From: a virus
IMG/VR virus record: IMGVR_UViG_3300043399_000524
Location: 75,308-139,307 of that record
Strand: one strand, 5' to 3'
DNA length: 64,000 nucleotides
Shown: positions 1 through 10,714 of the stretch, piece after piece
How positions within the stretch are numbered: the first letter of the stretch is position 1
Layout of the letters: each line of letters begins with the position of its first letter
Translations under genes and position numbers: made by a program
Notes under the pieces: generated by a model
What the model saw: the letters and a program-made list of their open reading frames with translations, nothing else
Told to the model about the DNA's origin: nothing
The model's database searches: none

Positions 1-2
1 TG

Positions 3-2132
3 ACAGTTGAAAATACTACTCCATATACAAATAAATTACCAGTTACTATTAGTGGCGCAAATGCAGATAATGCTAACTCAATTGTAAATGGACAAACCTT
101 CTTTGTTAAACTATCAGTAGATTTCCCTACAACTGGAAATGTTGAATTATATACCTCCTCTAATTTAGATATGGCTAATGCGGCAGTAGGTACAGGGTTA
201 AACAACTATGTTTCAAATTCAGGTATAGCAACTGCACTATTAAGTGCTGGGGTAGTACCCAATGCAGGCGGCTCCGTCAATACTATACAGTTTAATAACA
301 GTGGAATATTAGACGGTTCGGCAAACTTTACTTTTTCTGGTGGAAACTTAGTAACATTGAATGGTAATCTTATTGCTGGTAATGTGAACGGTGGAAATCT
401 AGTATCAGCAAATTACGTTTCGGGTGTGTTGACTACAGCATCACAACCTAACATTACTGCTACTGGTGTATTAGCAAATTTAAGTATTAGTGGCAACATC
501 AATGTTGGGGATATAAATGTTTCTGGTAATATAATACCCACTGCAAATGTAACTTATAATTTAGGTAATTCTACTAACGCATTTAAAGATTTGTATCTTT
601 CTGGTACAAGCATTTCACTAGGAACGCAAACAATAACGTCAAACGTTAACGGAGTAATATTATCTAATACAGTTTTTGCATCTGCTTTAAGTATAACCGG
701 TAATGCAGATATTGGAAATATTAATACTAGTGGCACAATAAGTTCTACTGGTACTGCTACAGTTGGTAATTTAAGCACAGGTGGCACAATAACTTCTACT
801 GGTACTGCTACAGTTGGTAATTTAACTACTAGTGGTACAATAACTTCTACCGGTACTGCTACAGTTGGTAATTTAACTACTGGTGGTACAATAACTTCTA
901 CTGGTAATATTGCCGGTGGAAACTTAACAACAAATGGAAACGTAACGGCTAATAACATTTCTGCTACTGGTAACGTTACCGCTGCAAATTTTATCGGATC
1001 AGGTAATGGATCTCCTACTATTAATAGTGCAAGCACTTTAACTATTTCTGCTAATTCAGGGGTGACATTAGGCAATGTTACTATTTTATCTACTGGCTCC
1101 AATACTACCGCAGGAACAATTGTTGGTAATTGGACGTTAGATGGAAGTTTTAATGCATCAGGTAATTTGGGTACATCTGGTAATTTGAGTTCAACTGGTA
1201 ATTTAAATATTACTGGTAACATGACAATTGCTACGAGTCCTGTTTTAAATAGTAAATTTGGTGTAATATCTTCTGGAAGATTATTGGGAGTATACACTAA
1301 TAGAGTCGGTATTGGTAGTTATTATGCTGATTATAATGGTACTAATGATATTACATCTGCTGATGCTACTAGCGTAAGTAGACTAGGTACTATTTTGGAT
1401 ACCGGAATAGCTTCATCAAATACTTCTGTTGCATTCGGTACCAGTTACGGCAGCAATCCGGCAGGTCTAGCATTTGTTTCTGGTACTGCACAGGACGTAC
1501 TTAGAATCGCTACTGGTTTACCGCCTACTTATACGGGAAATATCAATGCTGTTTTATTGGGGTACCCCAGCGGTGGACCAAGAATTCTAGTGCAGAATTA
1601 TGCACTTGTCGATGATTCACCGAATACTATCACTCATGTTGCTACTACACATAAATTTGTAGGAGAATTATCAACAACAAATATTACAACCGGCGCAAAC
1701 ACGACCGCAGGAAGTTTGACAGGAAATTGGACATTAACAGCAGGATCTCAATTACAAGCAACATACGCTGACTTGGCTGAATATTACGAAGCTGATGCTA
1801 CTTATGAACCAGGAACAGTTTTAGAATTTGGCGGACTAAAAGAAGTTACATTAGCTGAAGATGAAACAACTAAAGTAGCAGGTGTTGTTTCAACCAATCC
1901 GGCTTATGTGATGAATACCAACTGTAAAGGGTTTGCCGTAGCTATTGCTCTGCAAGGAAGAGTTCCAGTAAAAGTTAAAGGCAATATAAAGAAGGGTGAT
2001 ATGATGGTTAGTGCTGGTGATGGATTTGCAAGACCCACAAATAGCCCTAAATTAGGTACTATCATAGGAAAAGCATTGGCTGACTTCAATGGAATTGAGG
2101 GTATAATAGAAATTGCTGTAGGAAGATTGTAA
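3..2132 (+). CDS. Tail fibre/spike-like protein (5'-partial) with C-terminal intramolecular-chaperone (peptidase G2-like) domain
   Basis: Frame is open from position 3, upstream of the ORF-track ATG at 171; G/N/T-rich beta repeats; C-terminal YADLAEYY...EPGTVL.FGG..EVT...GVVST.PAY.MN...GRVPVKV motif typical of fibre auto-cleaving chaperones. Confidence 0.75.
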   Translation, partial: TVENTTPYTNKLPVTISGANADNANSIVNGQTFFVKLSVDFPTTGNVELYTSSNLDMANAAVGTGLNNYVSNSGIATALLSAGVVPNAGGSVNTIQFNNSGILDGSANFTFSGGNLVTLNGNLIAGNVNGGNLVSANYVSGVLTTASQPNITATGVLANLSISGNINVGDINVSGNIIPTANVTYNLGNSTNAFKDLYLSGTSISLGTQTITSNVNGVILSNTVFASALSITGNADIGNINTSGTISSTGTATVGNLSTGGTITSTGTATVGNLTTSGTITSTGTATVGNLTTGGTITSTGNIAGGNLTTNGNVTANNISATGNVTAANFIGSGNGSPTINSASTLTISANSGVTLGNVTILSTGSNTTAGTIVGNWTLDGSFNASGNLGTSGNLSSTGNLNITGNMTIATSPVLNSKFGVISSGRLLGVYTNRVGIGSYYADYNGTNDITSADATSVSRLGTILDTGIASSNTSVAFGTSYGSNPAGLAFVSGTAQDVLRIATGLPPTYTGNINAVLLGYPSGGPRILVQNYALVDDSPNTITHVATTHKFVGELSTTNITTGANTTAGSLTGNWTLTAGSQLQATYADLAEYYEADATYEPGTVLEFGGLKEVTLAEDETTKVAGVVSTNPAYVMNTNCKGFAVAIALQGRVPVKVKGNIKKGDMMVSAGDGFARPTNSPKLGTIIGKALADFNGIEGIIEIAVGRL
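732..905 (+). repeat. 51-nt (17-aa) in-frame tandem repeat, ~3.4 copies
   Basis: Units begin at 732, 783, 834, 885; encode TITSTGTATVGNL(S/T)T(G/S)G. Confidence 0.9.
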
Positions 2133-2136
2133 AAAT

Positions 2137-4149
2137 ATGAGTGAGAAAAAAGTTTATCAGATTGGATGTTATACTGAAGCCGGCTGGGATATAGTTCATG
2201 AATTACTAACTAGAGATGGAACATTAGAAGATAATATTCCTCCTAGGAGTGTTGAATTAGTAGACTATAAAGAGCATAGTCCAACTAGATCAACTTATCT
2301 TTTGTCTGATGAAGAAGCCGAAGAATTAAAAAAACGTCCTGAAATTAAATTTGTCAATATAGATTATACTAGCTACGGAGATCAATACAAACCACCGGCA
2401 AAAGATTTGTATTGCGACTATAGATATTCATCTAATGTAAAGTCTTATAGAAATTTTTATTCTCCCAATCAATTGCCTGCATCTCCGACTTCGGCAGACT
2501 TGAACAGAAATGGGTATCAATTATATAGGTGTACACAAAAATTAAATCCATGGGCGGGTGTAAGTGACACTACAGTTTTTAATGATAGAATACAAAAAAC
2601 CGGTACTGGTCTAGGAGTAGATGTTATAGTAAGTGATGACGGGTGTTGGTTTGGTCACTCTGAATTTCAAAACAATACAGGATCTGGTCCTACTGATTAT
2701 ATAGGTGGTAATGTATTGCCCGGAAACGGTACATGTGATTTGTTAGATTTATATCTGGACAGTCCTTATTATATTGACCCAGACTGGTTCAACGCAGATC
2801 CTGCAACTAGGCTAATTACAAGATGGGATGGAACCATTGTTCCAGTTGAGCAAGTCGCTAGAGATTGGTGGAGTAATCCCACAAAAAGGTCAGCCAAATT
2901 TGCAGGAATAGGAACTGTTCCGGAGCGCACTGCATATACAAGAGATACTTGTAATGGATCTAACACATTTAAACTGGGGATATTTGCTCAAGGAACACAT
3001 GGAACACCGTGTAGTTCTTTAGCATATGGTAGAACACTAGGATGGGCATATAATGCCAATAAATGGGCTGTCAATATTCTTGGTTTAAACTCTATATCAG
3101 AAGAATCATATTTTGATATGATGAAAATATTTCATCAAAATAAACCAATAAACCCTTCTTATGGAAATAAAAACCCTACAATAAGTTCTAATAGTTGGGG
3201 ATACAGATATGCAATAAGTACGTTTAGTTCATTTAATACTTATTACTATCGTGTAGGAACTACTGGTTCGGGAGGGATTAATAAACCCACTCTCCCTGGT
3301 TTTTTATATTATTTAGGTTATTTTGATAATTCAAGAATTTCTAGTGAAATGCTAGATAACTCAATTAGTGAAGCTGGAAAAGAAATGATAGATTCCGGGG
3401 TTATTTTTGTCGCGGCAGCCGGCAACAATAATCAAAAAATAGTAGGATCAAATCATCCTGATTACAATAATTATTGGGCAAATAATCAGAATGTACCTCT
3501 AGCAAATGCAACCTACACTGATTACTATGATAGGGTATATTACCAAACATCAAGCCGCCGCGGTTATCCTACCCAGTTAGGGAAATATACCAATACAGGT
3601 TCGGTTGTATATCCTGTAATTGCAGTTGGCGCATTAGATGGACGTATGTACTCTCCTAATACAATAGAATATATAGCCAACTATAGTATGCGGGGCGAGT
3701 CAGTTGATTTATATGCTCCCGGAGATGGTGTTTTGGCTGCAAGTACGTGGCAGGCAGATTCTGGCTATACACAATATAATAGGGCAGATACGTATCCTGG
3801 TGCTAATTTTACATTTCAGGATATATATTTTAATGGTACTAGCGCAGCATGTCCTGTCACAACAGGTTTAATTGCCACCGCATTACAATACAATAGAAAT
3901 TGGACTTGGCAAGATGTTAAAGCGTGGATAAACACATTAGAATTGCAGACTGAATCTGCTTTTTATCAAGGACCAGATCCCAATACTGCTGAAAGTCCAG
4001 ACTGGAGTAGTTTTACTAGTCTAATGGGAGGCTCAAGACGTATATTATATAACAATGTCACAATACCCACGCCTCCGGTTGTAACTAATCTTCGTATAGC
4101 TGGATCAGGACTTCGACTTGGTGGTAATGGTTTAACAATCAGTTTGTAA
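2137..4149 (+). CDS. Subtilisin-like (S8) serine protease
   Basis: Catalytic motifs in order: VDVIVSDDG (Asp), GTHGTPCSS (His), AAAGNNN (oxyanion Asn), NGTSAACP (Ser); N-terminal propeptide-like region. Confidence 0.85.
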   Translation: MSEKKVYQIGCYTEAGWDIVHELLTRDGTLEDNIPPRSVELVDYKEHSPTRSTYLLSDEEAEELKKRPEIKFVNIDYTSYGDQYKPPAKDLYCDYRYSSNVKSYRNFYSPNQLPASPTSADLNRNGYQLYRCTQKLNPWAGVSDTTVFNDRIQKTGTGLGVDVIVSDDGCWFGHSEFQNNTGSGPTDYIGGNVLPGNGTCDLLDLYLDSPYYIDPDWFNADPATRLITRWDGTIVPVEQVARDWWSNPTKRSAKFAGIGTVPERTAYTRDTCNGSNTFKLGIFAQGTHGTPCSSLAYGRTLGWAYNANKWAVNILGLNSISEESYFDMMKIFHQNKPINPSYGNKNPTISSNSWGYRYAISTFSSFNTYYYRVGTTGSGGINKPTLPGFLYYLGYFDNSRISSEMLDNSISEAGKEMIDSGVIFVAAAGNNNQKIVGSNHPDYNNYWANNQNVPLANATYTDYYDRVYYQTSSRRGYPTQLGKYTNTGSVVYPVIAVGALDGRMYSPNTIEYIANYSMRGESVDLYAPGDGVLAASTWQADSGYTQYNRADTYPGANFTFQDIYFNGTSAACPVTTGLIATALQYNRNWTWQDVKAWINTLELQTESAFYQGPDPNTAESPDWSSFTSLMGGSRRILYNNVTIPTPPVVTNLRIAGSGLRLGGNGLTISL

Positions 4150-4174
4150 TAAATACAATACAGGAATACAAAAA

Positions 4175-4462
4175 ATGGCGTCATACATATATACCGCGAC
4201 AGGCTCTAGTCAAAAATCAGCCGCAATTCAAACAGATAAGGTTAGAATCTCTACAACAACATCAGCTATAGCAATCGCCATTGGTGATGCCAATGTAACT
4301 GCTAATTTGACAGCATGTGAAATAGTTCCATCTAACACGGTTCTTAACAGTGTTATTGTTGGGCAAAATAATTATATAGCATTTATTAATGTCGCAGGGA
4401 CAGCAGGTGCTTTTAGTGTTACTGAATTAGGTGCTAATCATCCCGAAACTGGCACCGAATAA
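4175..4462 (+). CDS. Small putative virion protein
   Basis: 95-aa beta-rich ORF with late box AATAAATA and AGGA RBS upstream. Confidence 0.6.
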   Translation: MASYIYTATGSSQKSAAIQTDKVRISTTTSAIAIAIGDANVTANLTACEIVPSNTVLNSVIVGQNNYIAFINVAGTAGAFSVTELGANHPETGTE

Positions 4463-4474
4463 TTGTCCATTTCT

Positions 4475-4566
4475 GATAAATATATAGTACGCTCTTAATT
4501 CTGAGAGTTTATGCGGTCCCCGCCGCGTAGTGGAATAGAACCCACATATCAACAAGGAGAAAACAA
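4475..4566 (+). promoter_or_regulatory. Late promoter plus GC-rich three-hairpin 5' leader
   Basis: GATAAATA 4475-4482; hairpins CTCT/AGAG (4492-4507), TATGCGG/CCGCGTA (4510-4529), GTGG/CCAC (4530-4545); AAGGAG RBS. Confidence 0.55.
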
Positions 4567-5583
4567 ATGGGACGTCCTTTAAAAATCGCTAAGGCTCAAG
4601 CAGTCTTAACAATCACAGATACAACAGCAGCAACAGATACAGTTACAGTATCTCAAGATATTTCAGCACCACCAACAGGTGTTGGCATTATTGCAGGTAT
4701 GCCATTTGTAGTTGCATCAAACGTTGGTGGTCTAACAGCTAACACAACATATTGGGTTTTAGAAGTTATCGATGCTAATAATTTCACAGTTTCAGCAACT
4801 GATTTAAGTGCAAATAGAACTCGCACACCAGTATCATTGTCTGACACAACATCTCAAACAGTCTCCGCTTCCGTCGGTGTAGTTGACGCTTATTTCAACA
4901 ATCCAAACGGTGGCGCAGGTTTCCCAGCAACAAACGCTAACACATACAGTGTAGTTGGTGGTAATACAGCTATTATTGGTCCACAAGTACTAGCACGTGT
5001 TGCTATTGCACAAAATGGTGTAGGTACAATTACAGTAGCCGACGATAGTCCAAACATCACTGGTGTAGGTACAGACTTTGCTAACACGTTGACAGATGGA
5101 ACAGTAATTACAACAGCAGATGGCACATTATTAGGTTATGTAACTGATATCGCTAATGCTAACGCTACATTTGCTACGTTTGCAGCTAACAGCTTGTCTA
5201 ATGCTACAAATGTGAGTTTCGTATTTGCTAACAATGAAGCAGGATTTATTGTTCGCCAAAAAGGTAAACAGAAATATCTAGTACAAGGTACAACTTCAGG
5301 TTTAGTTGGCGCTTGCTTTACAGCTAACCTAGCTAATGCTGATTTATATCCAGGTACTATGAACATTGTTGGTACATATGCTAATGCTGCTACAGAAAAC
5401 GTACAGTCATTAAGCGATCACAATGCAGAATTGTTTACAGCAACCTCTGGCATAACAGCACTGCCAAACGAAACTGCAAACATCAATAATAGCTCACCAG
5501 CATACAGCACGTTCAACACTGCTTACGATGCTGATACATACGGTGGTCAACCATACCCAATCGTAACTATTTCTAATGCATAA
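4567..5583 (+). CDS. Putative structural protein (fibre/decoration-like)
   Basis: 338 aa, T/A/N/G-rich; contains GMPFVV...GGLTANTTYWV...NFTVS beta module also seen in ORFs 29513 and 32034; strong RBS. Confidence 0.6.
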   Translation: MGRPLKIAKAQAVLTITDTTAATDTVTVSQDISAPPTGVGIIAGMPFVVASNVGGLTANTTYWVLEVIDANNFTVSATDLSANRTRTPVSLSDTTSQTVSASVGVVDAYFNNPNGGAGFPATNANTYSVVGGNTAIIGPQVLARVAIAQNGVGTITVADDSPNITGVGTDFANTLTDGTVITTADGTLLGYVTDIANANATFATFAANSLSNATNVSFVFANNEAGFIVRQKGKQKYLVQGTTSGLVGACFTANLANADLYPGTMNIVGTYANAATENVQSLSDHNAELFTATSGITALPNETANINNSSPAYSTFNTAYDADTYGGQPYPIVTISNA

Positions 5584-5585
5584 TT

Positions 5586-5897
5586 ATGCCAGCAGCAAAG
5601 ACTATTAAAATGCCTAAGACAGAAACTGAGGTAGCAATCTTGCAAGTACAAGTTAAAAACATTGAAAATGATGTTTCTGAAATAAAATCAGAAATAAAAG
5701 ATGTTAAACAAGGCCTTGTGGAAAATATGGAAGAAACTAAAAAACTTCTTAGAGATATGAAGGATGCTAGTACCAATGCTCACAAGGCAATGTCTGAAAA
5801 AATCTCTGCGCTAGAAAAATGGCGATGGATGATGATGGGCGCTGGCGTAGTCATAGGATCTTTGGGATTCGATACGCTGGGAAAGCTGTTCAAATAA
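5586..5897 (+). CDS. Coiled-coil protein with C-terminal membrane anchor (XhlA/holin-like)
   Basis: Heptad-rich N-terminus followed by LEKWRWMMMGAGVVIGSL hydrophobic helix. Confidence 0.55.
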   Translation: MPAAKTIKMPKTETEVAILQVQVKNIENDVSEIKSEIKDVKQGLVENMEETKKLLRDMKDASTNAHKAMSEKISALEKWRWMMMGAGVVIGSLGFDTLGKLFK

Positions 5898-5923
5898 AAA
5901 AGGACTCTTAGGAGTCCTTTTTT
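5896..5923. terminator. Bidirectional intrinsic terminator
   Basis: AAAAAGGACTC-TTAG-GAGTCCTTTTT between convergent genes. Confidence 0.9.
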
Positions 5924-6324
5924 GTTAAAGTCAATAATTTAGATTGTACAACATCAAAATTTACGGTGTTAAACAATCCAGGATGTAATGGTTTAGGATA
6001 CTGATTATCACCTACCCAAGCATATCCGCAATGCTCATCATTTAGTATGGGCGTAAACTCTTTATCAACTTCACAAAAGAATGTATGATATGTGAATGAA
6101 TGATTTACAAATTTTTGAATTGGAATTAATTTTGCTTTTTTGGGAAAGTACCCAATTTCTTCCATACACTCACGTTCAACACCTTCAATAAGTGTCTCAC
6201 CTTCTTCAATCTTACCACCTGGTATACCCCAGTTACCGGGATTTTTGTGGTCAGTTCTCAACAGATATAGATACCTGTCTGTCTTTTTTGAATAAAAGAA
6301 AACTCCTGCTGAAGTATTACTCAT
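5908..6324 (-). CDS. NUDIX hydrolase
   Basis: Nudix box GGKIEEGETLIEGVERECMEEIG; likely start MSNTSAG at 6324. Confidence 0.9.
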   Translation of the reverse strand: MSNTSAGVFFYSKKTDRYLYLLRTDHKNPGNWGIPGGKIEEGETLIEGVERECMEEIGYFPKKAKLIPIQKFVNHSFTYHTFFCEVDKEFTPILNDEHCGYAWVGDNQYPKPLHPGLFNTVNFDVVQSKLLTLTKKDS

Positions 6325-6341
6325 ATTATGATTTATCATAA

Positions 6342-7715
6342 TTAAATCACAATAGAATAATCTCCTTGGTCATACCAACCTTCGTATGATTTCATCCAAA
6401 CACCATCGGGTGTATAGCGATATTGAATACCTGTGGTTAGATTAGTTACGTATTCCACTGTGTCACAGGCTTGACTGTCAAAAGAAACGAACCACTGGCC
6501 TGAGGTGGCATCATATTCAACAATGTCGTTAGCGTTAGCTATTAAATCACCCCACGCTACTGTAGAATCTCCCTCACTACCAATTGACTCTACCAACAAG
6601 TATCGAACGCCATTGACAGGTCCTGGCAATCCTGCATTCGGCCCCGAGATTAGAGGGTTAATTACACTGTTTACTGGTCCAAGTGTATTTTGGGGAAGGG
6701 TATCTGGGTCAATATTATAGATTAGTAATCTATCATCAGTTGGATCTTGTACAATAGTACCAACAATATCTGTATCCATATATGGATTTTGCAGCCATAT
6801 TTGACTAATACCCGGTCTGATGGTTCCGTATACATTCAATAATGATGACCAATATAAACTGGTATTAGGTGGGTTAGGATAATTTAAATCAATGTTACTC
6901 ACGAAGGGAGCATTATCCGCAGGTAATAATTGAAGTCTATTGCCCATCAATAATACTTTATAACCATAAGGCGTAATTTTTTGTCGAGTTCCTAACAACA
7001 AGTCATCATTTTGAATATCTTGTAATGCTGTTCCTTTGTAGATACTGGCGATAATTTTCTCAATGACACCCATCTTCTTGAGTTTAGCAGCAGTACTAAT
7101 CCATATAGGCATGTAAAATTTCCAACTCATTACATCGATGGGGTTCGCAGTACCTTGTGGTATTGTTCTACTACTGAATGTTAATCCATCTTGATATACA
7201 ACTGACAACGAAGTCCAATCAATAAAGTTATCAGTAGATTGAATCTCCATACTAGGATTAAATAATGTTCCTAACTGTTCGATTAATTCTAGTTTTTGAT
7301 TATAGTTTGTAGTCCAAAAATCAACTGTTACTCTTAATGTATATGGTACAGGCATCAGTCTTTCGACTGTAAATGCTTGACCTTGAACACTTTCATATTG
7401 CCCTGTATCTTCGTTGTATTTTCTTTGTCTAACGTTGATTCTATCAATATAAGTAGGATCTTGAGTTCTGCGCTGGTCATACTCTAGACCACTTATATAG
7501 TATGTAATCAAGGGTGCGCTAGGTAAATTACTTGCAGAGTTATTTGCTATTACTGTAGAGGCTTGACGACTTTGGTCACCGTACATTATAGGCACTCGCA
7601 CTAATATGTCGTTCCCATTAGGATCTTTGCCTTTAGTGACATACCAATTGCTAAAAATTTTTGCAAATTGAATTAAAAATCTGCGTATCTGATTATCGTA
7701 AAAAAACTGTGCCAT
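6342..7715 (-). CDS. Tail terminator / sheath stabiliser (T4 gp15-like)
   Basis: QIRRFLIQFAKIFS..RVPIMYG..SR and VPYTLRVTVDFW..N.NQKLELIEQ motifs; adjacent to neck gene; start MAQFFYD at 7715. Confidence 0.7.
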   Translation of the reverse strand: MAQFFYDNQIRRFLIQFAKIFSNWYVTKGKDPNGNDILVRVPIMYGDQSRQASTVIANNSASNLPSAPLITYYISGLEYDQRRTQDPTYIDRINVRQRKYNEDTGQYESVQGQAFTVERLMPVPYTLRVTVDFWTTNYNQKLELIEQLGTLFNPSMEIQSTDNFIDWTSLSVVYQDGLTFSSRTIPQGTANPIDVMSWKFYMPIWISTAAKLKKMGVIEKIIASIYKGTALQDIQNDDLLLGTRQKITPYGYKVLLMGNRLQLLPADNAPFVSNIDLNYPNPPNTSLYWSSLLNVYGTIRPGISQIWLQNPYMDTDIVGTIVQDPTDDRLLIYNIDPDTLPQNTLGPVNSVINPLISGPNAGLPGPVNGVRYLLVESIGSEGDSTVAWGDLIANANDIVEYDATSGQWFVSFDSQACDTVEYVTNLTTGIQYRYTPDGVWMKSYEGWYDQGDYSIVI

Positions 7716-7716
7716 A

Positions 7717-9432
7717 TTATAAAATCGGTGGTAGTGGATCTGGAGCAATAGTCAATATTGATGACAATGGCTGAGATTGTGTTGTCGTTGTTCCATCAGT
7801 TAGAACGGTTACATTACTGTTATTTATGAAGCTAGATAGTTGTGATTGATCTCCATCCATCAATCCAGTATCTGTTCTTACATTTTCACTAATTCTAACC
7901 CATATGACTCCGTCCCAACGATATAATATTTGCGGCAAATAGTCTATTCTTAGGAAATAATCTCCAACTTGTGGATTTTGTGGGAAGCTGATGCCTGCTC
8001 CGGTCGGGTAACCATTTGGAGCCTCTGATGTACCAGTCAAATAACCTGCACTATAACCGAAACTTCTTGGACTTGAACGTGCAATATATTGGAATCTAGG
8101 ATCACAATCCGCACGATAGTCCATTTCTTGAGTTATGTTACCAGTAAATCCCGGTGCTTCTGGGTTTTGATCTGCAAATGCGTATGTATTATCGGCAGTA
8201 CCATATGGACCAGTTATGGTCATCATACTATCGACAGTCAATATAATATCATTTTCAACTGCGCCTGAACCCCCGTCTGTCATCATTGGGGCTATTTCTT
8301 GGACTAAAAGCGAAGTTGTGATGTTTGTTTGACTGGAAGGTATTCCTGGAAATGCAGTGTCTAATATTTGATTCCATATTTTAGCTACTGTAGCAGCCGG
8401 TATTCTTAGATAAGGACTATCATTAACATATTTGGCATTGCTATAAATTTCAACTACCGGCGAAGGTGCACCGTCCTGTGCTGCACTCGTTACAACGTTA
8501 ACTGGTGGTGCAGGTTGATTTAATTTATCTGATAATAGATTATCCTCTTCATAGGGGCCGTATGTAGGAACAATATATAGGTTGCTCGTGTCATAACCTG
8601 ATTTAGGTAATAACCGTTTAGCCTCGTCGAGGTTAGCATTATTGATTTCAAGATTTTTATTATATGTAGACAATATATCTTTGAGATTTTGTTCTTCCGT
8701 TAATTTCCAATATGTTTCATTGGGTGGATTAATTCCTGCAGGCACTTCAATAATCGATTCGTAATTTTTATCACCGTAACTAATAATATAACCCGGTGGA
8801 TATGTTTTATCTTTATCCCATAATCCTAAATAATTATCTTGATTAATGGGCTCTTGTAATATTTGACTGAATTCTTGACTATCAACCAATGGCTCACATT
8901 TAATGCGCCATAAATGAGGGAACCAAGTTTGACTAAAACCCTCGCTGGCAAAATTAGCATCAGTAATCTGGTAAAATCTTTTTAATGCTACTGGAATAGT
9001 TTCTCTTAATGGATTATAATCTAATAAATGGGGTAATTCTAATACATCACCGACCATTAACTTTCTACCAACAATATCAATCATATCATTATAATGTACA
9101 TTAATGAATATAATATCGTTGTTTAAAAATAATCCAAATTGACTTAAATCGAAATCTAAATTCTGCACATTATAATGTCCACGTAATCTATATACATTTG
9201 GATCATATGTCCTATCTCTATTTTCTAAAAATAGTAAATCCTGTATATTAGTAGGACTTAATGTAGCATATTCAGGTTGAGTATAATCTATGCTCTGACC
9301 TTGATTTGTTGGTCCTAAATACTTGTGAATATATAAATCCGTGCCGCCCACACGCAATTCTTCGGATATTGTTCTATCAAAGAAACGGTAATCGTTTTGT
9401 TTATTTGGGCGGTATAGTGACAATTTTGGCAT
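7717..9432 (-). CDS. Neck / head-closure protein (T4 gp14-like)
   Basis: GGTDLYIHKY, DLLFLENRDRTYD, FGLFL..D..FI..HYN, GDVLELP motifs; late box TATTTATC (minus strand) at 9438-9445. Confidence 0.7.
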   Translation of the reverse strand: MPKLSLYRPNKQNDYRFFDRTISEELRVGGTDLYIHKYLGPTNQGQSIDYTQPEYATLSPTNIQDLLFLENRDRTYDPNVYRLRGHYNVQNLDFDLSQFGLFLNNDIIFINVHYNDMIDIVGRKLMVGDVLELPHLLDYNPLRETIPVALKRFYQITDANFASEGFSQTWFPHLWRIKCEPLVDSQEFSQILQEPINQDNYLGLWDKDKTYPPGYIISYGDKNYESIIEVPAGINPPNETYWKLTEEQNLKDILSTYNKNLEINNANLDEAKRLLPKSGYDTSNLYIVPTYGPYEEDNLLSDKLNQPAPPVNVVTSAAQDGAPSPVVEIYSNAKYVNDSPYLRIPAATVAKIWNQILDTAFPGIPSSQTNITTSLLVQEIAPMMTDGGSGAVENDIILTVDSMMTITGPYGTADNTYAFADQNPEAPGFTGNITQEMDYRADCDPRFQYIARSSPRSFGYSAGYLTGTSEAPNGYPTGAGISFPQNPQVGDYFLRIDYLPQILYRWDGVIWVRISENVRTDTGLMDGDQSQLSSFINNSNVTVLTDGTTTTQSQPLSSILTIAPDPLPPIL

Positions 9433-9453
9433 ACATGTATTTATCGGAATAGG

Positions 9454-9482
9454 TTGACAATAAATATGGTCTATGTTATACT
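9454..9482 (+). promoter_or_regulatory. Sigma70-type early promoter
   Basis: TTGACA-17 nt-TATACT with extended -10 TG. Confidence 0.85.
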
Positions 9483-9511
9483 AGCATTTAGTTGTAAATT
9501 TAGGAGAAACA

Positions 9512-10693
9512 ATGGCAACTCGTAAGCGTAATTCTGAGGATCACAGTCAAGTCAAAGCACTGAATCCCAAAAACCCTGATACAAAGTACATGGGTGATGA
9601 GCCACTATTTGTCATTCAACCTGATAGCGACCGTAGAACTTCTGCACTAAGTAATGCATTCTCTTGGTATAATTGGTTCTATACTAAAAAAGACGCTAAA
9701 GAACTACTTTGTCAATACCTAGATTTCAGCAACCGCCAATCCGAGGCTAAAATTGTACGCCGTGTTGCTGATAGCGAAATCATTAACACATATTGCTGGC
9801 TAGCTAGGATGAAGCTACGTGGTTTGGAACTTAATGAACACGAACTTAGTACCCTCGAAAACGAAATTTCACGACTTATTAAAGCTGTACACAAGCCTGA
9901 AGTCAAAGAAAGTATTACCTCTGTCACTAAGGAAGTAACAGAAGCACCTGCTCGTCCTAATATTCAGGACATTTTGCGTGAAAAAGCAAAAGATGCGGCA
10001 GGTGAACTTGAAGGCGTTTTTGATGACTTTATTCTAACTGGCAAAGCAAGTTCAAAAACAATGGACGTTGTTGCACGATTTAATGTTATGCCACAGCACA
10101 TCGGTTTGATTACTGAAATTTGGAAGAAAAAACAAAACGAATTTACAGAACTTCAAGGTGGCCTTGATAAACAACTAAATGAAGGTTATAATTATCTGAC
10201 AAAAATTCAGGTTCGCAACATCTTAAAATTTATCGATCAGGTACTTTCTGACCTCAATGCATATATCTCTGTCAAGAAAGCAAGCAAGGCCCCGCGCAAA
10301 CGTAAAGAGGTTCCTGTTGAAAAGATTGTCAGCAAACTCAAATACCTCAAGGCATTTAAAGATGCCGCAAGCAAACTTGACTTGGTTAGTATCAGCCCTG
10401 TAAAACTACACGGTGCAAGCGAATGCTATCTGTACGACACTACGAAACGCAAGTTGGTTTATTTGTGTGCTGATGAATATAGCAAAACTTTTACAGTAAA
10501 GGGTACTAGTATTCTTGGTATTGACACAAGTAAAAGTCAGATCAAAACTTTACGGAAACCCGGAGATCAATTGGGTGCATTTTTGAAACTAGGTAAACCG
10601 GCCGGAAGAAAGTTTTTTGACGAAATTAAAGCAGCAGGTACTACACCTAATGGCAGAACGAATGAAAATATGATTATTCTTAAGGCTTGGTAA
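9512..10693 (+). CDS. Hypothetical early protein
   Basis: 393-aa ORF, AGGAG RBS, downstream of sigma70 promoter; no motif recognised. Confidence 0.75.
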   Translation: MATRKRNSEDHSQVKALNPKNPDTKYMGDEPLFVIQPDSDRRTSALSNAFSWYNWFYTKKDAKELLCQYLDFSNRQSEAKIVRRVADSEIINTYCWLARMKLRGLELNEHELSTLENEISRLIKAVHKPEVKESITSVTKEVTEAPARPNIQDILREKAKDAAGELEGVFDDFILTGKASSKTMDVVARFNVMPQHIGLITEIWKKKQNEFTELQGGLDKQLNEGYNYLTKIQVRNILKFIDQVLSDLNAYISVKKASKAPRKRKEVPVEKIVSKLKYLKAFKDAASKLDLVSISPVKLHGASECYLYDTTKRKLVYLCADEYSKTFTVKGTSILGIDTSKSQIKTLRKPGDQLGAFLKLGKPAGRKFFDEIKAAGTTPNGRTNENMIILKAW

Positions 10694-10714
10694 CATACTT
10701 GATATCTTCAAATT

